Positions 1 through 12,060 of a stretch of DNA of 39,862 nt are shown here, piece by piece. Each line of letters opens with the position of its first letter. The stretch's first letter is position 1. The translations under genes were made by a program, and so were the position numbers. The stretch is from Lachnospiraceae bacterium (lineage in GTDB: Bacteria; Bacillota; Clostridia; Lachnospirales; Lachnospiraceae): the NCBI GenBank assembly GCA_017624175.1, contig JAGANP010000327.1:1-39862 (forward strand). Reading direction: 5' to 3'. Under the pieces are notes generated by a model that saw only the letters and a program-made list of their open reading frames with translations, had not been told where the DNA came from and did no database searches.

Positions 1-23
1 CATATTTTATGGTTTTTATACAT
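1..23 (-). CDS. Possible 5' end of a CDS running off the window (MYKNHKI...)
   Basis: GGGGGAGG Shine-Dalgarno followed by ATG at 23; only 7 codons visible. Confidence 0.3.
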
Positions 24-70
24 CCTTTTCCTCCCCCATCTTTTCTCTGTATTTACATGCAAATAATTTT

Positions 71-107
71 TCCATCTGCGATAAAAAAACACTCCATCGC
101 AGATGGA
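71..107. terminator. 12-bp inverted repeat downstream of the 3D-domain gene
   Basis: TCCATCTGCGAT-N13-ATCGCAGATGGA. Confidence 0.5.
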
Positions 108-128
108 TAAAATTAATCATACATATCT

Positions 129-845
129 TCAATAATAATATCTATAGCTTACCGTTTGCACACCATAATTTATTGCATCCGTATAATGGCTTCCCGTTAA
201 ACCAAAATATATATCAATCCAATATTTTGTACGTCCCTCAGGAGCACCTCTGTCCTCAACGACAAACGAAGTGTAGTTCGTTCCGTTTACATTGACAGGA
301 TTATCCATATATATCGTGGTTCCTAATTTAATCGTAGAGCCATTTGTATTACCAGTCTTTGTCGTGACATTTATATGCATGGCACACATTCCTATTTCCG
401 GGGTTTTTCCACTCGCCGTTAAAGCTCCTTCTTTTGATACATATGCTGTTGAATCCTGATTGGTTTTTGAAACGATTGTCATTTCTGTGATCGGCCCATT
501 GATATTTTCTTTTCCCAGTATAATCTTATCTCTCGATTCTGACAGAAGCAAATTCTCGTCCTTGATCACCTCTAAATTTGAAAATGGAGACGCCTTATCT
601 GAATAATAGCCCTCGATAATAGCTTCCCTAAGTTCATAAGGATCTACATGATACTCCTCCGCAAGTTGTCCAACATCTATGATCTCCCCATTGATTTCCA
701 GTAATAAATCTGATGTATGTGCAGATGCTCCAACAGGAATTGCCAAAATTAATGTCATACATAGAATCAACATTAGAGAAACGAATCTTTTAGCTTTCGT
801 AGTACGACTTACGCTTCTTTCCTCATATAATATATGTTTTCTCAT
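129..845 (-). CDS. Secreted 3D-domain (MltA-like) protein
   Basis: N-terminal signal peptide ending ASA; C-terminal TAY...TASG...VEDRG...IDIYFG 3D motif; AT-rich DNA. Confidence 0.75.
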   Translation of the reverse strand: MRKHILYEERSVSRTTKAKRFVSLMLILCMTLILAIPVGASAHTSDLLLEINGEIIDVGQLAEEYHVDPYELREAIIEGYYSDKASPFSNLEVIKDENLLLSESRDKIILGKENINGPITEMTIVSKTNQDSTAYVSKEGALTASGKTPEIGMCAMHINVTTKTGNTNGSTIKLGTTIYMDNPVNVNGTNYTSFVVEDRGAPEGRTKYWIDIYFGLTGSHYTDAINYGVQTVSYRYYY

Positions 846-1059
846 TCTTACGTATCCTCCTCTGCATGATGTACACTACATTAATACCCATTCCCCATTG
901 GATTCACCTCCTAAATATATATTTATTCTATAATACTATATATTACAATACTTGTCTATGCTTTTAATATGAGTAAATTGCACAAAAAAGCCGTTTTCCT
1001 GTTGCATGTTTCCAACAAGAAAACGGCTTTACAAATTTCTGTTATCTTTTTTCAAAAAT

Positions 1060-2334
1060 TCAGCACTTCTCCAGCGCCTGGGCGATATCGGCGATCAGAT
1101 CCTCCTTATCCTCCAGTCCGCAGCTCATTCGCACCAGCTCTGCAGGTACGCCTGCCTCCCGCAGCTGCTCATCCGTCATCTGGCGGTGCGTGCTGGAAGC
1201 CGGATTCAGACAGCAGGTCCGGGCATCCGCCACATGAGTCTCTATGGCTGCCATCTTCAGGTTCTTCATAAAGGTGCTGGCTGCTTCCCTGCCGCCCTTT
1301 AATCCAAAGGATACCACGCCGCAGCTGCCATTCGGCAGATACTTCCGGGCCAGCTCATAGTACTTGTCACCGGGCAGACCGCAGTAATTCACATATGCCA
1401 CCTTGGGATGGGCTGCCAGGAACTCCGCCACCGCCTGGCCATTTTCACAATGACGCTTCATGCGCACATGCAGGCTCTCCAGACCCAGATTCAGGATAAA
1501 CGCATTCTGCGGACTCTGGATAGAACCCAGATCCCTCATCAGCTGCGCAGTACACTTGGTAATAAACGCTCCGCCCTGTCCGAATTTTTCTGCATAGGTA
1601 ATGCCGTGATAGCTCTCATCCGGCGTACACAGCCCCGGGAATTTTTCCGCATGGGCCATCCAGTCAAACTTCCCGCTGTCCACGATACAGCCGCCCACTG
1701 CGGCACCATGACCATCCATGTACTTGGTGGTGGAATGGGTCACGATATCAGCACCCCATTCGAAAGGCCGACAGTTTATCGGGGTAGCAAAGGTATTGTC
1801 AATGATCAGGGGAACCCCATGGCTGTGCGCACATCTTGCAAATTTCTCAATGTCCAGTACTGTCAGCGCCGGGTTGGCAATGGTCTCGCCGAACATCGCC
1901 TTGGTGTTGGGCTGAAAGGCTGCATTCAGTTCCTCCTCGGAAGCATCGGGATCCACAAAGGTGGTCTCAATGCCCATTCTCTTCATGGTGACGGAGATCA
2001 GGTTAAAGGAACCGCCGTAGATGCTGCTGGAAGCTACAATATGATCTCCCGCACTGCAGATATTAAACAGGGCATAAAAGGTTGCGGCCTGACCGCTGCT
2101 GGTCAGCATCGCCGCACTGCCGCCCTCCATCTGGCAGATCTTAGCGGCCACATAATCATTGGTGGGGTTCTGCAGGCGGGTATAGAAATAACCGCTGGCT
2201 TCCAGATCAAAAAGCTTGCCCATATCCTCACTGGTATCATATTTAAAAGTGGTACTCTGCACAATGGGAATCTGGCGGGGTTCTCCGTTGCCCGGGGTAT
2301 ATCCCCCCTGCACACAGATGCTGTTCATCTTCAT
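1060..2334 (-). CDS. metY: O-acetylhomoserine aminocarboxypropyltransferase / cysteine synthase
   Basis: YTRLQNPT, SSGQAA, HSTTKYMDGHG PLP-lysine motif; start reset to ATG 2334 behind AAGGAGG. Confidence 0.9.
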   Translation of the reverse strand: MKMNSICVQGGYTPGNGEPRQIPIVQSTTFKYDTSEDMGKLFDLEASGYFYTRLQNPTNDYVAAKICQMEGGSAAMLTSSGQAATFYALFNICSAGDHIVASSSIYGGSFNLISVTMKRMGIETTFVDPDASEEELNAAFQPNTKAMFGETIANPALTVLDIEKFARCAHSHGVPLIIDNTFATPINCRPFEWGADIVTHSTTKYMDGHGAAVGGCIVDSGKFDWMAHAEKFPGLCTPDESYHGITYAEKFGQGGAFITKCTAQLMRDLGSIQSPQNAFILNLGLESLHVRMKRHCENGQAVAEFLAAHPKVAYVNYCGLPGDKYYELARKYLPNGSCGVVSFGLKGGREAASTFMKNLKMAAIETHVADARTCCLNPASSTHRQMTDEQLREAGVPAELVRMSCGLEDKEDLIADIAQALEKC

Positions 2335-2529
2335 AGTTATGTCCTCCTTGGTTGTTATATGTATGCAAACTGATACTATTTTAACATATCCTACCGCCTG
2401 GCACAAGCCCCGCTTGTGCTCTTGCCCGATACTTGTGCTTTTTCGTCCACTTACCCCATGACATAAAAACAGGCGAATCCCCTGAACGGGACCCGCCATG
2501 CTTTCTCTTCCCTATTGTTTCCTATGTCA

Positions 2530-3678
2530 TTACATCAGGCTCTTATACAGCTCTGCGATCTCTTCCACGCTGGTATCTCTGGGATTACCGGGTCTGCAGG
2601 CATCATCATAAGCGGACTGTGCCAGGAACGGGATATCCTCTTCTTTTACAATCTCTTTCAGATTGCGGGGAATTCCCACATCCTCAGACAGCTTCTGCAC
2701 TGCATCAATGGCAGCCTGGCGATACTCCTCCTGGGTCATATCGTCCACGCCCTGTACGCCCATGGCCCGGGCAATCTCCCGATACTTCTCGCCGGTTGCT
2801 TCTGCGTTATACTTCATGACAGTGGGCAGGATGATGGCATTGGCCACACCATGAGGGGTGTCATACAATGCACCCAGAGGATGGGCCATGGAGTGTACAA
2901 TGCCCAGGCCCACATTGGAGAAGCCCATACCGGCCACATACTGGCCCAGCGCCATATCGGTTCTGCCCTCCGGCGTATTGGCTACCGCTCCTCTTAAGGA
3001 CCGGGAAATGATCTCGATGGCTTTCAGATGGAACATATCGGACAGCTCCCATGCGCCCTTGGTGATATAGCCCTCGATGGCATGCGTCAGCGCATCCATA
3101 CCGGTAGCAGCGGTCAGTCCCTTGGGCATGGTCGCCATCATCTCGGGGTCTACAAAGGCCACCACCGGGATATCCTTGGGATCCACACATACCATCTTAC
3201 GGTTCTTTGCCACATCAGTGATCACATAATTGATCGTTACCTCCGCTGCGGTACCTGCCGTGGTAGGCACGGCAAAGATCGGCACCGATTTATTCTTCGT
3301 GGGCGCCACGCCCTCTAAGCTCACCACATCCTCAAACTCAGGATTGTTGATAATGATACCGATTGCCTTAGCGGTATCCATGGAGGAACCGCCGCCGATG
3401 GCCACCAGGTAATCAGCGCCGGACTTCTTATAAGCAGCCACACCGGTCTGTACATTCTCAATCGTGGGATTGGGCTTGATCTCGCTGTACAGCTCATAGG
3501 GCAGCCCTGCTCCATCCAGCACATCCAGCACTTTCTTCGTCACACCAAACTTTACCAGATCAGGATCCGAACATACAAAAGCTTTCTGAAAACCTCTTCC
3601 CTTCGCCTCTGATGCAATCTCCTGAATCGCACCGGCACCGTGATAAGAGGTTTCATTTAAAACAAATCTGTTTGCCAT
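2530..3678 (-). CDS. fucO: Lactaldehyde reductase (Fe-containing alcohol dehydrogenase)
   Basis: MANRFVLNETSYHG start, GGGSSMD, DALTHAIEGY, HSMAHPLGA...HGVANA. Confidence 0.9.
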   Translation of the reverse strand: MANRFVLNETSYHGAGAIQEIASEAKGRGFQKAFVCSDPDLVKFGVTKKVLDVLDGAGLPYELYSEIKPNPTIENVQTGVAAYKKSGADYLVAIGGGSSMDTAKAIGIIINNPEFEDVVSLEGVAPTKNKSVPIFAVPTTAGTAAEVTINYVITDVAKNRKMVCVDPKDIPVVAFVDPEMMATMPKGLTAATGMDALTHAIEGYITKGAWELSDMFHLKAIEIISRSLRGAVANTPEGRTDMALGQYVAGMGFSNVGLGIVHSMAHPLGALYDTPHGVANAIILPTVMKYNAEATGEKYREIARAMGVQGVDDMTQEEYRQAAIDAVQKLSEDVGIPRNLKEIVKEEDIPFLAQSAYDDACRPGNPRDTSVEEIAELYKSLM

Positions 3679-3829
3679 AAATACTCTCCTTCCTCAGGCG
3701 TTCCGCCTTTTCCCTATTCGTAGATCTATTATACTACTTTTTAAATTTTTGTACAATGTCAGTAACCACCAAAGAAAGCTCTTAATTTTCTCACATTTTT
3801 CCGGGAAAAGTTTCTTTTCCGTACAAATA

Positions 3830-5539
3830 TCATATCCGCACCAGCTCCCGGCAGCGATTCAGTGCGGCATACAGCTCCTGCTTTCTGGGCATGGCCAGAT
3901 TGCCGGGCAGGCTCTCCCGTCCCGGACAGAAAGCGCCAAAGCCTTTCTCTGCAATCTCCCCATACAATGCCTCCACAGCCTGCTGCAGGGTCTTTTTTCC
4001 GTCAAAGCTGCGGCATTTCATATCCCTGATCATATAAGCCAGGGCGGTCAGCTGCTCGCTGTCCACCAGCTGCTCCACATAGCGCATATCCACCGTCTCC
4101 CGGTTGATGGAAAAGCCGTCCAGTCCCAGGGTCTTCATTTTGATCCGCTCCTCCTTCGCAAAGGCCTGATCTCCCCGGATCACCCTGTGAAAATCCGGCT
4201 TTCCCGCTGCCGGAGCGTCTCCCAGGGTATAGGGGAACTGCTCCGCTTCTTTTTTCGCAAGAGCCGTAATCTCCATGGGCCGATACAGGCTCATCTGCAG
4301 GATGCAGTCCGCCTTGTGAAAATAGGAGCCGCAGCTGCCCGCCACCAGAATTGTGGATATGCCATAGGTTTCATAGAGCTCCCGCACCCGGTCAATAAAG
4401 GGAATGATGGGCTCCGACTCCCGGCTGACCACCCGCTGCATCAGCTCGTCCCGGATCATAAAGTTGGTGGCGCTGGTGTCCTCGTCAATTAGAAAGACCC
4501 CGGCCCCCATTTCCATAGCCTCCACCGTGCCCGCCGCCTGGGAGGTGCTGCCGCTGGCATCCTCGGTACAGAAATGCTCCGTATCCTTGCCTCCCGGCAG
4601 ATTGCGGATAAACATGGAGATATCCACCCGCTGGATACTGCGGCCGTCCTCCGCCCGCAGCTTCATGGCGCTGTCATCGGTCAGCACATACTCCCGTCCG
4701 TCCCCGGCAATGTGATTATAGACGCCCTTTTCCAGCGCCTCCAGCAGCGTGGACTTTCCGTGATAGCCGCCGCCCACGATCAGGGTCACGCCCTTGCGGA
4801 TGCCCATGCCCCGCAGCGCCCCTTTGTGGGGCAGCTGCAAAGTCACTGCCATCTCCTGGGGACTGGCAAAAGCCACCGCATCTTTCATGGGCTGGGCGGA
4901 TACCCCGGATTTGCGGGGCAGGATGGCTCCGTCCGCCACAAAGGCCACCAATCCCTGTTCTTTCAGCTGCTGCCGGATATAGAGCTGGTCATCCGCCAGA
5001 TGCAGCACCTTTTCCAGGCCCTCCTTGGGACAGGATGCCGCCAGCAGCGTCTGCTTCACGCATACCGGCAGGAAATCAAACAGGATCTTAATCAGCTCTG
5101 CTGCGTTAATGGTACGCCCATTAGCGGGAAAGCCGATCTCCATACGCACGGTGATCCTGCCGTCCTCCGGGCTTACCGTACAGGCGCTTCGCTCTAAGAT
5201 CTCCTGCCCCGGCTGGCTGACGCCCAAAAGGCCGCTTTTCCCTGAACCTTTGGCTTTGAAAGAATACTCCCGGATCTTTGCCGCCATCCGCCGCAGCAGA
5301 TAATCCTGGAAAGCGATGCGTCTGTGCTTTTCCGTATAGCAGCCTCTGTCAAAGCCAGCCACCCGGCCGGGCACGATCAGGCTCACCTTGGAGGGCGCCG
5401 CAAAAGGATCCCCCTGCACATGATCTATGGACAACACATACTGCTGAAACTGATACTGGCCCCGGGTGTCCTTATAGGCCGGATACCCCTTATGGTCAAT
5501 CTGTCTGAGTAAATTCTGTAATTCTGCTGCTGATTTCAC
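3830..5539 (-). CDS. ABC-class ATPase domain protein (predicted ATPase of the ABC class)
   Basis: Walker A GGGYHGKST, LIDEDTSATNFM, HVQGDPFAAPS N-terminal motif; GTG start. Confidence 0.85.
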   Translation of the reverse strand: MKSAAELQNLLRQIDHKGYPAYKDTRGQYQFQQYVLSIDHVQGDPFAAPSKVSLIVPGRVAGFDRGCYTEKHRRIAFQDYLLRRMAAKIREYSFKAKGSGKSGLLGVSQPGQEILERSACTVSPEDGRITVRMEIGFPANGRTINAAELIKILFDFLPVCVKQTLLAASCPKEGLEKVLHLADDQLYIRQQLKEQGLVAFVADGAILPRKSGVSAQPMKDAVAFASPQEMAVTLQLPHKGALRGMGIRKGVTLIVGGGYHGKSTLLEALEKGVYNHIAGDGREYVLTDDSAMKLRAEDGRSIQRVDISMFIRNLPGGKDTEHFCTEDASGSTSQAAGTVEAMEMGAGVFLIDEDTSATNFMIRDELMQRVVSRESEPIIPFIDRVRELYETYGISTILVAGSCGSYFHKADCILQMSLYRPMEITALAKKEAEQFPYTLGDAPAAGKPDFHRVIRGDQAFAKEERIKMKTLGLDGFSINRETVDMRYVEQLVDSEQLTALAYMIRDMKCRSFDGKKTLQQAVEALYGEIAEKGFGAFCPGRESLPGNLAMPRKQELYAALNRCRELVRI

Positions 5540-5553
5540 ACTTATACCTCTTT

Positions 5554-6093
5554 CTATAATTCATACTCCAGCACCTGACAGTTGCGGATGCCGAAAGCTG
5601 CAAATTCCTCATTGGTCATATCCTGAAAATAAGACTGTAGGATCCGGGCGATCCCGTTATGAGCCACCAGCAGATACGTCTTATCCTCCGGCTCCCGGCG
5701 GATATCCTCCAGCAGATTATAGATCCGCCAAGCCATCTGCAGCATGGATTCTCCGCCCTCATAATGATTGGCAAACTGCGCTTTAGCCTCCTGGAACTCG
5801 GCTCCATCCCGGGGCGTAGACTCCCATTTGCCAAAATTCTGCTCCTTGAGGCGGGGCTCCTGCCGCATGGGAATCCCTGTCTCCTCATGGATATGCCGGG
5901 CGGTCTCCGCTGCCCGGATCAGCGGGGAATAAAGGATCTCATCAATTCCGTAATCCCCTGCCGCAATCTGACGTCCCAGTTCTATAGCCTGCTCATGTCC
6001 CAGCTGCGTCAGCGCAATGTCCGTGGAGCCGCAGATCTTGTTTTCCACATTCCAGACAGTCTGTCCATGGCGGGTAAAATATAGCTTTTTCAT
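5554..6093 (-). CDS. Histidine phosphatase (phosphoglycerate mutase family)
   Basis: RHGQTVWN, SPLIRAAETA, LLVAHNG. Confidence 0.9.
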   Translation of the reverse strand: MKKLYFTRHGQTVWNVENKICGSTDIALTQLGHEQAIELGRQIAAGDYGIDEILYSPLIRAAETARHIHEETGIPMRQEPRLKEQNFGKWESTPRDGAEFQEAKAQFANHYEGGESMLQMAWRIYNLLEDIRREPEDKTYLLVAHNGIARILQSYFQDMTNEEFAAFGIRNCQVLEYEL

Positions 6094-6247
6094 GGCTTTT
6101 CTCCTTAATTTGTGCTTTATTTTATTCTACATGGGAACTAGAATTCCTGCAAGCGGAATATTGCATTAAAATTTCATCTTACATTGACACATTTTTGCGG
6201 TTATGATAATATGCAAATATACAATAATATTTATTGGGGAGGTCTTT

Positions 6248-6601
6248 ATGAAAAACAAAAAAAGAATTACCTGCTGTTTTAAGAAATTTCTGGCTGTTAC
6301 CCTGACCGGCGTTTTCCTGTGCACTTCCGGATTAACCGCCAGTGCGGCCGATCCTGCTCCTGATCCCCATGTATGTGCATTCTCCGTAGTCAACTGGACC
6401 TGCTACAATTCCTTTAATTCGGGGAATCACAATTATATCAGCGGCTGGGTTCCCGATCCCAATACCGGAGTTTCTACTCCGGTCTACAGCACATGCTCCA
6501 TAGTTGTCTACCAATACCGTGGCCTCCTGCAGTGTGCCTGCGGCGCCACCAACGGCCTTAAATATGACACAAAAACCGTACATACGAAGTGCGGACAATA
6601 A
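6248..6601 (+). CDS. Small secreted Cys/His-rich protein (117 aa)
   Basis: GGGGAGG RBS; signal peptide ending ASA; HVC...CACG...HTKC in mature part. Confidence 0.7.
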   Translation: MKNKKRITCCFKKFLAVTLTGVFLCTSGLTASAADPAPDPHVCAFSVVNWTCYNSFNSGNHNYISGWVPDPNTGVSTPVYSTCSIVVYQYRGLLQCACGATNGLKYDTKTVHTKCGQ

Positions 6602-6627
6602 TATTCCGGATTGGAGGATCTCTCTTC

Positions 6628-8865
6628 ATGCATAGATCACATTATCTTACCTATTCAAAAGCCTTTCTGATCCATCTGCTTGCAATCGTCTTATTGCTGG
6701 CAGGCTGCGGAGAGCTATCCCCCTCCCTTTCCGCAGAATCCCCCTCTCCCTCTGCGGAAAGGGAGGGGGATTCTGCAATGACCTATCAGCTTACTGAACA
6801 ACTTCTTGCAGAACCGGAGACGGCCTTTGAGGCAACGGAAGAAAATCTGGTTCTCTCTCTGGCAGACTGCTTTTCCGCCAATGGGAATCTATACTATCTT
6901 TATACCGTCTTCCGCATGCAGGATGAGCTTCCGATTTTTCATGGCAGTTGTCTCTTTGTGCTGGAGTCTCCTGATACCCAATGGAAATATTATACTCTCG
7001 CCCTGGAAAGTTGGAATTCTGATACATACTATATTGCTCAGAATATTGTAAGTGTCAGCGAAGACGGCGTCCTCTTTGCTTTGCAGGAACTGAGCGGAGT
7101 CAATTCCTCTGCTGATTGTCTGGGCTTTTACAGCTGGGATAAGAACTGTGAGTTTCTGGGGAAGCTCGATTCTTCTATTTCCTCTGCAGATCTCTATTTT
7201 CTGGAGGAAAACCTTTATACCATTACCGGCAGCACTCTTACTTCCTATGATCCGCAGTTCCAACCGATACAGACTCTGAATTTGCAAAACCGTATATCGG
7301 GCTGCCTTACTTCCGGTTCGGATAGTCTATGGTACGGGTTTGATGCTGATCAGAATCTGGCGGTCTGGGACGAACCTACCGGAGAGCTGCTCTATCTATT
7401 GGGCGATATGGTAACCCCCTACTCCGACTTCTGCCTGACGAGAACTGCCTCCGGCGAATTTATCCTGGCAGACACCAGCGGCTTATGGGCCGGGGATGGT
7501 TCAGCCCCCCTGGAAAAAATCCTGTCCTTTGCCGACAGAGATTATGCCCTTGAAGAGATTTTAGGTATGGGCTGCCACGAGGACGGAAAATTATTTCTGT
7601 TTGTCCGCTTCGACAACAGTCTCTATCTTCTGACTGCAGAACCCTGTAAGATATCGGAACTCCCCGTCAAACAGGAAATCACTCTGGTGGCCTATAATAC
7701 TTCCACACTGGAAAAGGTTGCGGTTGCCTTTAACCGTCAGAACGAGCAATATCGCGTTACGCTCATTGATGTATCCAGTCAGTCAAACCGAAGCGAATAT
7801 CTTCAGTCCCTGCAGTTGGAATTCTCCTCCGGCAGGGGACCGGATCTGGTGAGCCCCTTTGTAATCGACTGTGAAAATGCTGCGAAAAATGGCTATCTGG
7901 AACCTTTGGAGGATATTATCGAAGACCCCGCCGAATACTGGGATGCCTGTCTGGAAACCGGGAAAATAGACGGCGTCACCTACGGAGTTCCCTATCGGAT
8001 TTATCTTTCCCTCCTGACAGCCTCCCAGACTTTGGTGGGAGACCGGGAAGCCTGGACGCTGGAGCAAATGATGGAAACCATACGCAATTCCCCGGCAGAA
8101 GCGCTGGAGATGGGAAAGGATGGTATAGATCTCGTTCTGCAATACGGACTGATGACTCCTGATAATCCTCAGTTTATCGACTATGAAGCCGGTGTAAGCC
8201 ATCTGACAGAGCCATCCTTTTTAAGCTTTCTGGAATTTGCAGAGGATTACAGCGATCAGCTAACCTATACTGCAGACCGAAGCAACGCAGCAGAGTACTA
8301 TCAAAACGGCCTGCTTGCCGCCTATTACCTGACAGTAAACAATCCCGGAGACCTGCTCTTCCCCATCAGCTGCTACGAGAATGAGGAGGTACTGGTTGGG
8401 CTGCCCCACAGTCAGGGGCGTGGGGTATACATGGGAGCTGAACTGCTCTATCTGAACAGTTCCTCCTCCTGCAAGGAAGGTGCTAAAGAGTTTCTGCGCT
8501 ATCTGCTGTCGGCAGAGGGACAGCTTTGTTATGTTAAAAATTATAATAATTACAGCGCCCTCTCCTGCCGCCGTGATATCACAGAAACCGTTCTGCAGAT
8601 GTACCAGACTATAAACGATAAGACGCACCCGGATATACACTCTTATTTAGGCGTCACTTATGAAGTTGTCCCCTTAGACGAAGAACAGATTTCCCAATTT
8701 TGGAGTCTATTTGAGGATGCAGAGCCCGAATGGCGATGGCCCAGCGGACTTGCCGCTATTATCAATGAAGAACTTGCCCCCTATTTTGCCGGGGACTGCT
8801 CTTCTGCGGAGGCTGCGGAAAAATTAGACAGCCGTATCCAACTGTATCTGAATGAAAAGCAGTAA
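6628..8865 (+). CDS. Large lipoprotein with C-terminal extracellular solute-binding domain
   Basis: Lipobox LLAGC; AFNRQNEQYRV, GRGPDL, GYLEPL, KEGAKEFLRYLLS, EAAEKLDSRIQLYLNE; GGAGG RBS before ATG 6628. Confidence 0.8.
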   Translation: MHRSHYLTYSKAFLIHLLAIVLLLAGCGELSPSLSAESPSPSAEREGDSAMTYQLTEQLLAEPETAFEATEENLVLSLADCFSANGNLYYLYTVFRMQDELPIFHGSCLFVLESPDTQWKYYTLALESWNSDTYYIAQNIVSVSEDGVLFALQELSGVNSSADCLGFYSWDKNCEFLGKLDSSISSADLYFLEENLYTITGSTLTSYDPQFQPIQTLNLQNRISGCLTSGSDSLWYGFDADQNLAVWDEPTGELLYLLGDMVTPYSDFCLTRTASGEFILADTSGLWAGDGSAPLEKILSFADRDYALEEILGMGCHEDGKLFLFVRFDNSLYLLTAEPCKISELPVKQEITLVAYNTSTLEKVAVAFNRQNEQYRVTLIDVSSQSNRSEYLQSLQLEFSSGRGPDLVSPFVIDCENAAKNGYLEPLEDIIEDPAEYWDACLETGKIDGVTYGVPYRIYLSLLTASQTLVGDREAWTLEQMMETIRNSPAEALEMGKDGIDLVLQYGLMTPDNPQFIDYEAGVSHLTEPSFLSFLEFAEDYSDQLTYTADRSNAAEYYQNGLLAAYYLTVNNPGDLLFPISCYENEEVLVGLPHSQGRGVYMGAELLYLNSSSSCKEGAKEFLRYLLSAEGQLCYVKNYNNYSALSCRRDITETVLQMYQTINDKTHPDIHSYLGVTYEVVPLDEEQISQFWSLFEDAEPEWRWPSGLAAIINEELAPYFAGDCSSAEAAEKLDSRIQLYLNEKQ

Positions 8866-8883
8866 GCGCTCTAACATCAAAGA

Positions 8884-8911
8884 ACCCCGGCAGAAACTTC
8901 TCTGCCGGGGT
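8884..8911. terminator. Hairpin between convergent SBP and groEL genes
   Basis: ACCCCGGCAGA-N6-TCTGCCGGGGT. Confidence 0.8.
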
Positions 8912-8946
8912 CATCTGTTTTATACTTCATTTTTCGATTCTGGCAC

Positions 8947-10635
<1,689 letters not shown>

Positions 10636-10664
10636 TTAAAGTTCATTGCCGCCTCCGGGCTGCC

Positions 10665-10949
10665 TTACTGGATAATTGCCAGAATGTCATTCTGCTTTAC
10701 AATAATGTACTCATCCTCATCCAGCTTTACTTCGGTTCCGGCATACTTGGAGTAGATGACCTGATCGCCCACCTTAACCTCCATCTTCACTTCCTTGCCG
10801 TCCACCACGCCGCCGGGGCCTACTGCAACAACCTCTGCCTGCTGAGGCTTCTCCTTGTTCTGGCCGGGCAGTACAATGCCGGATTTGGTGGTTTCCTCCG
10901 CCACCAGCTGCTTCAATACGACTCTGTCGCCTAAAGGTACTAATTTCAT
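10665..10949 (-). CDS. groS: Co-chaperonin GroES
   Basis: PLGDRVV, TKSGIVLP, KYAGTEVK; adjacent to groL. Confidence 0.99.
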   Translation of the reverse strand: MKLVPLGDRVVLKQLVAEETTKSGIVLPGQNKEKPQQAEVVAVGPGGVVDGKEVKMEVKVGDQVIYSKYAGTEVKLDEDEYIIVKQNDILAIIQ

Positions 10950-10992
10950 ACTGTTTGCCTCCTTATATCTGATTTGTTTCTTTTGGATTTTG

Positions 10993-11019
10993 TTAGCACT
11001 CTTTTACATCGAGTGCTAA
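10993..11019. promoter_or_regulatory. CIRCE element (HrcA operator)
   Basis: Exact TTAGCACTC-N9-GAGTGCTAA upstream of groS. Confidence 0.97.
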
Positions 11020-11192
11020 TTTCTAGAACATATATTAGTTTTATATGCGGCGGTTTGCAACCGCATGCACAGTCATTGTAAGACTTTTATTATATGATTT
11101 TCTCTTATTTTCTCATTTTTTCTATTATTTACTCATTTTTGACCATTTGCAGTGATTTAATACTTATTTTAGAAATTATTTCCGCACACAAT

Positions 11193-11230
11193 AAAAAGCG
11201 CTGTACCGGGGAATTCCCTGGGTACAGCGC
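11193..11230 (-). terminator. Intrinsic terminator
   Basis: GCGCTGTACC-N13-GGTACAGCGC followed by T-tract on minus strand. Confidence 0.75.
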
Positions 11231-11275
11231 CTGTCGGCTGCTTCGCTATAAAACAGAATTCATTCGGCCGGAATA

Positions 11276-11944
11276 TCAGCACTTGATCTCCAGATATCCC
11301 AGGAGCTTGCTCATATCATACTCCTCCAGAACGCCTAAGTTGGAATCGTAGAACTTGCCGTCATAGTGTACCAGATAATGGCAGAAACGCCCCATCTTCT
11401 CCATCAGGATACAGCACTTGGGCAGCACTGCGGGACGCCCCTCGGTATACACAATGATATCCGTATGGTCGATACCGTAATAGTTCAGAGCAGAAATCAC
11501 CCTGCCCATGGTAGCCTGCCACTCCCGGCAGTCCATCACGCTGATCACCTCGGCAATCGTCACACCGGCCAGCATTGCCACACAGGACTGGCCGCACAGG
11601 CCGTCCTCCGGCTGAATGATCACATTCATGCTGTCAATCTTCCGGATGGGCTTCTCAAAGCTGTAAGGACTGTTCTGATCCATCTTGATCAGGCTGCCGG
11701 TAACGTGCAGCAGGATCTTATGGGGCTGTCCCAGATCCACCTTTACCGCATCCTCGTCCTCAATGTGAATCTGATAGTTTCCCTTTTCCAGAGGAATCAG
11801 CTCACAGTCAATGATCGCATTGTCCAGCACCACGTCCGCCTTGATCACATCCCTCTGCTTACACACCTCCCAGATATTGAAAGGAATCTGGATCATATAC
11901 CCTTTTTCTTTCTTCTCAATTCTGGCTTCAAAAAAATATCTCAT
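11276..11944 (-). CDS. DUF1905-like N-terminus fused to a C39/papain-like peptidase domain
   Basis: Q...LCGQSCVAMLAG and HYLVHYDGKFYDS suggest Cys-His-Asp; GGAGG RBS before ATG 11944. Confidence 0.6.
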   Translation of the reverse strand: MRYFFEARIEKKEKGYMIQIPFNIWEVCKQRDVIKADVVLDNAIIDCELIPLEKGNYQIHIEDEDAVKVDLGQPHKILLHVTGSLIKMDQNSPYSFEKPIRKIDSMNVIIQPEDGLCGQSCVAMLAGVTIAEVISVMDCREWQATMGRVISALNYYGIDHTDIIVYTEGRPAVLPKCCILMEKMGRFCHYLVHYDGKFYDSNLGVLEEYDMSKLLGYLEIKC

Positions 11945-12060
11945 ATCCGCAACCTCCGCCATACTTTTAAAAAATTGTAACCGCTTACATTTCTATTTTA
12001 CCAAAATCTCGCTCATATGCAATAGCTGTACCGGAAAAAATACAACTCGTTATTTTTCTG

